NCBI RefSeq assembly: GCF_018350175.1
Contig: NC_058368.1
Span: 177,446,001 to 177,510,000, forward strand
DNA from: Felis catus
Lineage: Eukaryota
Direction of reading: 5' to 3'
DNA: 64,000 nt
The first letter of the stretch is position 1. Every line of letters begins with the position of its first letter. This document shows positions 59,361 through 64,000 of this stretch, piece by piece. Under the pieces are notes generated by a model. That model saw only the letters and a program-made list of their open reading frames with translations. It was not told the origin of the DNA and made no database searches. The position numbers were made by a program, and so were the translations under genes.

Positions 59361-60320
59361 TGCTAAATAACTGGGGGTTGGGGGGGAGCAGTACATGGAT
59401 ACAGAGAGCGAGAGAGGAAAAATGCTGTGTGCCCTTAGAGAGATGCACGCCTGCTCTGTGCCTGAGCTATCCTACTTCCCTGGGGTGTTCTGAGGATTAT
59501 CTGAGCTAATGTCTGCAAAGGACCTGGTTCACAGAGATGCTCATGGAGTGGCGGTACCCTCTTCTTAAGGGGTCCCTCAAGGGTTCTTGAGGGACCTTTG
59601 GTGGCTAATGTCCATAGTAGCTTTCTCTTGTGACTGGGAGGAAGGAAGAGTGGGGGATACTGATGGTCAGGGGAAGGTGCGGTGCACAGGTTGGTGTTTT
59701 CAAAAGCCCTAAGGCCATGGGGAGAGAGGGGATGGTGAGCATTGACCTTGGAGTTCACATGCACCCGCCCCTGCTGGTCTGAGCTCATGGCCAGGCGTTG
59801 GCGTTCAAGAGCCCTGCAAGGCCGCCGGGCAGCCAAAATGGATCTGGCAGAATATTTTGTATTGGAGTGATTGGAAGTGATGGGTCGGGTTGGGCAGGGA
59901 ATGAGCAGGGTGAAGGAGCCAACAGGCGGTCCCGAGGCTCAAGCTGCAGTGCATTAGTCCAGGGTCTGGGCTGGGGAGCTGACAGGGGGATGGGTGCGTC
60001 TGGTGGCAGGTGAGAAAATGGGCATTCTAGGGGAAGACCCTCATAGACAGGGGGTGGGCTGACAGGCAAGGAGAGAACACGGGCCATGGTGGGAGCTGGG
60101 CTGAGCATCCGTCTACCTGCACTGCGTAATTCTGCAGAATCCTCGCCACCCCTGGGAGTAGATGTGCTCATTCTCCCCACTTTACAGAGCAGGAAACCAA
60201 GGCCCTGATGGACCTGCTCCTTCCTCCTCCACCCCCACTTTTCTCTTCTGACATCTCCACCATCGCATCCTCCTATACCTTCTTTCCTCTCCATTTTTTT
60301 TTCTCTTCTCTCTTCACACC

Positions 60321-60783
60321 TGTGCTAGGCTGCTAATGCCCCCAAAATGTGTCCACACCGTAATACCCCAAATCTGTGAAGGTCCCTTTCTATGGCAAAA
60401 GAGTCTTTGCAGATGTGATTAAGTTCTACATCTAGAGGTGGGTGGATTATCCCCAGCCCTCTCGGTGGGCCTGATGTACTCACAGGGGTCCTCGTGGGAG
60501 GGAGGCAGGGGTCAGAGTGAAAGGAGAAGGCCATGCACTTGGTGCTGGAAACAGAGATCCGAGTGTAGCAAAGGGAGGAAAGGCCGTTAGAGGCTGGAAA
60601 GCCAAGGAAGCAGTTTCTCTCCCGGCGCTCCCAGGAGGAAATAGCCCTGCTGACACCCTGGGGTTAGCCCCATAAGCTCTGTTCCAGACTTCTGACCTCC
60701 GTGGCTGTAAGTGAGTAAGTCTGCTTTGGTTTCATCCACTAAGTTCGTAGCGATTTATTGCAGCAGCAAGAGAAAAATTAATG
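60321..60783 (+). mobile_element. MLT1D-like solo LTR
   Basis: TGTGCTAGGC start, TATGGCAAAAGAGTCTTTGCAGATGTGATTAAG, CAGACTTCTGACCTCC, CCACTAAGTT...CAGCAGCAA. Confidence 0.88.
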
Positions 60784-62214
60784 GGCCATCCTTCCTCTGT
60801 TCTGCTCCCCTTTTTGTTTTCGTTCCTGCCTTTACTTCTCTTCCTCCGGCCCCTCCCCCACGGCCCCTCTTCCTAGACTGCCTTCTCCTCTCTTCCAGCT
60901 TTCTTTCTCCTCCTTCTCCTCTTCCATCAGTTTGTCCTGTTGTTCTCTGTCTCCACCGCCTACTCCTCTCCCTCCTCAGCCCCCACCACACGAGAGCACA
61001 GACTTTTGCACCTCCAAGTTGAGTTTAAATCCCTGCCTCCACCGCTTGCTTGCTGGTTATGTGACTCCAAACAAGTCACTTTGTTTCTCGAAATCTCCGT
61101 GTTCTCGTCTGCCGGGAGCTCCCACGCCCTGAGTTGCTGTGGGGAATTAGAAGAAATCACACTGGTGACAGAAATGGTGCCCGGTGGCCCCTTGATAAAT
61201 GTGTGTTTCTCTGCGCATCCTCTACCTCCCCGTAACCCAAGGCTCCGTCTGGGCTCGGGCCGGGGATGGGGCACTGGCTTGGTGGGAGGGTGACCGGCCC
61301 CATACAAGGAGACACTCAGACGCAGACCTGAGGCGGCAGCTGCCCGAGCTCTCCACCCACCTGAGTTGGGTGAGGTGGGGCACTGGCAAAGTGCCAAGCT
61401 GGCTTTGCTTCCACTGCTCTGTGCCTTTCTCTTCCTTCTGGGATCCTTTGTGGGGCCAGGCGGAGTGTGAGTGACAGTTTCCCAGGAGCGCTTGCTAAAG
61501 ATACCCTCACACCTGGGGAAACAACAGTTGTTCTTGAAGCTGTCAGGGCTCTCGGACCCCAGGTGGGCAGGCACAAAGCAGCAATTCGCTCTAAAAGAAG
61601 ATGAAAATAATTACCCTTTCTTCTCCACATCCAAGGGAGACCTTCTTCTCCATCCCGTCCTGGGAAATCAAGCCTTGTCTTTCTGTGGTTGCTATTCCCC
61701 AACAGTGTTCCAGTAAATTAGCCAACAGAAGGCAAGTCTCCCGTGGGTTCATCAGAAGTTTGCCCATCTCTTGGACAAGCTTCAAGAAGTTGTCCTCCAA
61801 CTGCTTATCTGCAGATCACAGTCTAAGGGCTAAATTATAAAGGCAAAAATAAATAACTTGTTTCCCCTTCCATTAGGGCTGGTACTATTCAGAATGAATA
61901 TATCATGTACGCCATATTTCAGATGAGAAAGCTAAGGCTCAGAAAGGGGCAATTACTGGCATAAGGTAACAAAGTTTTCACTACTGACATGGAATCAACC
62001 ATTGTGGTTTCACTGAGTCACTGCATGTGGCTGTCCTGCCATGTGTCCAGGCTTTGCAGGAAAGGGTTTTCTGGAGCCAGTCATGTTGAGTAGAGTGAAG
62101 GAATGTGGTTTAAAGAAATACCTGCTTATACGTCTCAGTGGGTTTGTCACCTGCCCCAGGTGACAAATTTTCATATGAGCTCTAGGCCAGGGAATGTTTT
62201 GATTTTCCTAAAAC

Positions 62215-62229
62215 GGGGGGGGGGGGGGG
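62215..62229 (+). repeat. Poly(G) tract, G15
   Basis: Uninterrupted G run. Confidence 0.9.
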
Positions 62230-62659
62230 ATGGTGACTTATTTTTGTGGATGATGGAGAATTGTATAAATATTTGTGTTTTCCTTTTTGCTCTAGCTGCC
62301 AGGAAGCTCAGGAGCAAGTTCACACTTAAATTGTAGTCATTGTGGCTTTTCAGGTTTCATGTCCTGATTACGTTTCTTCCTCTCACACTGGCCTTCTGTT
62401 GAAGGTTCCTTTTTCTGGTCCTGAAAGTTAACTCATGATTTTTCTGTTACTTGTGAGTACATGTCTACCACAACTACTTTCCAGAGTAAGATGAAGTGGA
62501 AAGGAACAACTATTCATTGGCCATTTGTATTATCATTATTTCATTTCATAGCTTCAATGATCTGGGTGTAGTCTGATCAAAATAGGACTCAGTCTGATGG
62601 CCAAGTCCACTGGGCAAAAATTCATCTGAGATTGTCAGAGCATCCAGAAGCAGCACCTG

Positions 62660-63145
62660 TCAACAAATATTTACTGAGCACCAACTATATGTCAACTATA
62701 TGTCCTAGGTGCTGCAGATATGAGTAAATAAGACACAATGTCCTTTCCCTGGCAGACACAGACGATAAACAAATACTTATCTAATAGTGTCATTATTTTA
62801 GATGTTGACAGATGCAAGAAGTAATAGAATAGAGGGAGAGTCCGGAATGGATGTACTTTGGGTAGGCTAGAGATGCCCTTGAAAAGATGACATTGAAGGT
62901 GAGACAAGAATGGTAAGGAGTAGATGTCAAGTACCTAGAGGAAGAGCATTCCAGGCGGCAAGTGCAAAGGCCCTGACGTCAGGACGAGTGAGATGTGTTA
63001 GAAATATAGGATGTAAATTCACAGAGGAGGGCAGAGGATAGATCGGCAGGATTTAGAGAGCCATGATGAAGAGCTAAGGTTTTTCTAAATGCAGTGGGGG
63101 AGACCTTGAAAGGTTTAAAGCATGGGACATGACATGACCTTTTTA
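62660..63145 (-). mobile_element. L2 3' region
   Basis: CAACAAATATTTACTGAGCACC...GAAGAGCATTCCAGGC...AAGTGCAAAGGCCCTGA...GACATGA. Confidence 0.8.
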
Positions 63146-63619
63146 CTTACCACTCACACAAATGAGTTTTACTTCCCCTAAGTGGCTGGTTCATGTTTGA
63201 GAAGACAGCTGCCTTCCTGAAACAATAATCGTTCTTCTTTGAATTCTTCAACTTCCACTTTTGCTTTGTGACACTGCCAAGACCACTCTTGAACAGGTTT
63301 TTCTGAATGTGCTTTCTAGTATTTCTTTAAAGTGGGGTGTCTAGGACATTACTGGAATATTAATTTTTCTGAATAGCAATTCATCAATACTGCTGGCCGG
63401 GTTTATAAACAAACCTATTATTACGACTGTCACCCTGGATATCTGTTAGTGGATATGTTCTCAAAGAGCCTTAATTTTAAGCTTATAGTCTTTTATAAAT
63501 AAGACTATAAGTAGTAGTCTTCTATTACTTACTTTCTCAAACTACATTTCAGGGACCACTTGGCAACAGAATGAAGCCCATTGGTAACTTCTGAGTATCA
63601 GTTACAACCGTCATCATTT

Positions 63620-64000
63620 ATTGAACACTCACAAAGTGCTAGCCACACTGGTTAGCATTTTGCAAATACAAGTTTACGTAATTTGCACCGTAACTCTTTC
63701 CCTATTTTACTGATACAGGAACTGAGGCTTAAAGAATTCCTTTAAGTAACATATCATGATATGTAATAATGATATAAATGCATCCTTTCAGAAAAGATGT
63801 GTTCAGCCCTCTTCTATGCGGGCACTGGGCTGGGATCTAGAGACCAACAGTGAGTAAGAAAGAGGTGGTCCCCACTCCTAGAAAGCCCCAGTCTGATGGG
63901 GGAATAGAGTAGGAAGCAGGCAAAGACTCTGTAGGGTAATGAGAGGGGAAATAAAGAGTACAAAAAGAGTCCCCTGTCTGGGACTAAGGCCAAGAAGGGC
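63620..64000 (-). mobile_element. MIR and L2 fragments
   Basis: CCCTATTTTACTGATACAGGAACTGAGGC (MIR), then CTATGCGGGCACTGGGCTGGG...CAGTCTGATGGGGGA (L2). Confidence 0.6.

Noticed and set aside
1..64000. CRISPR arrays, operons or other prokaryotic systems
   Set aside because: No regularly spaced repeat-spacer structure or dense coding; the repeat content is unambiguously mammalian.

Overview
Non-coding mammalian genomic DNA, almost certainly from a felid. It carries about 17 tRNA-Lys-derived Can-SINEs, including one near-consensus SINEC_Fc-type copy at 41643-41864. I recognise no protein-coding exon, RNA gene, CpG-island promoter or CRISPR-like array. The long ORFs in the track sit on SINEs, microsatellites, LTR relics or GC-rich sequence. 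The window reads as intergenic or deep-intronic DNA built from layered repeats: Can-SINEs (many with visible TSDs), old L1M relics, MaLR/ERVL solo LTRs, hAT DNA transposons (MER58A, three MER102, MER33, MER117, a Zaphod derivative) and many MIR/L2 fragments. Between them lie several repeat-free, motif-dense blocks that look like developmental enhancers. I found no convincing novel biological system. The best leads are: a poly(A)-only insertion with a perfect 15-bp TSD (38203-38249); CpG-dense patches inside ancient repeats (58044-58123, 21440-22295); a PBX-MEIS/HOX/E-box motif cluster (about 32.0-32.4 kb); an almost abutting tail-to-tail SINE pair; and a ~560-bp (TTTC)n expansion inside MER33. 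Repeat family names come from remembered consensus sequences, not a database search. Subfamily labels and the boundaries of old elements are approximate.
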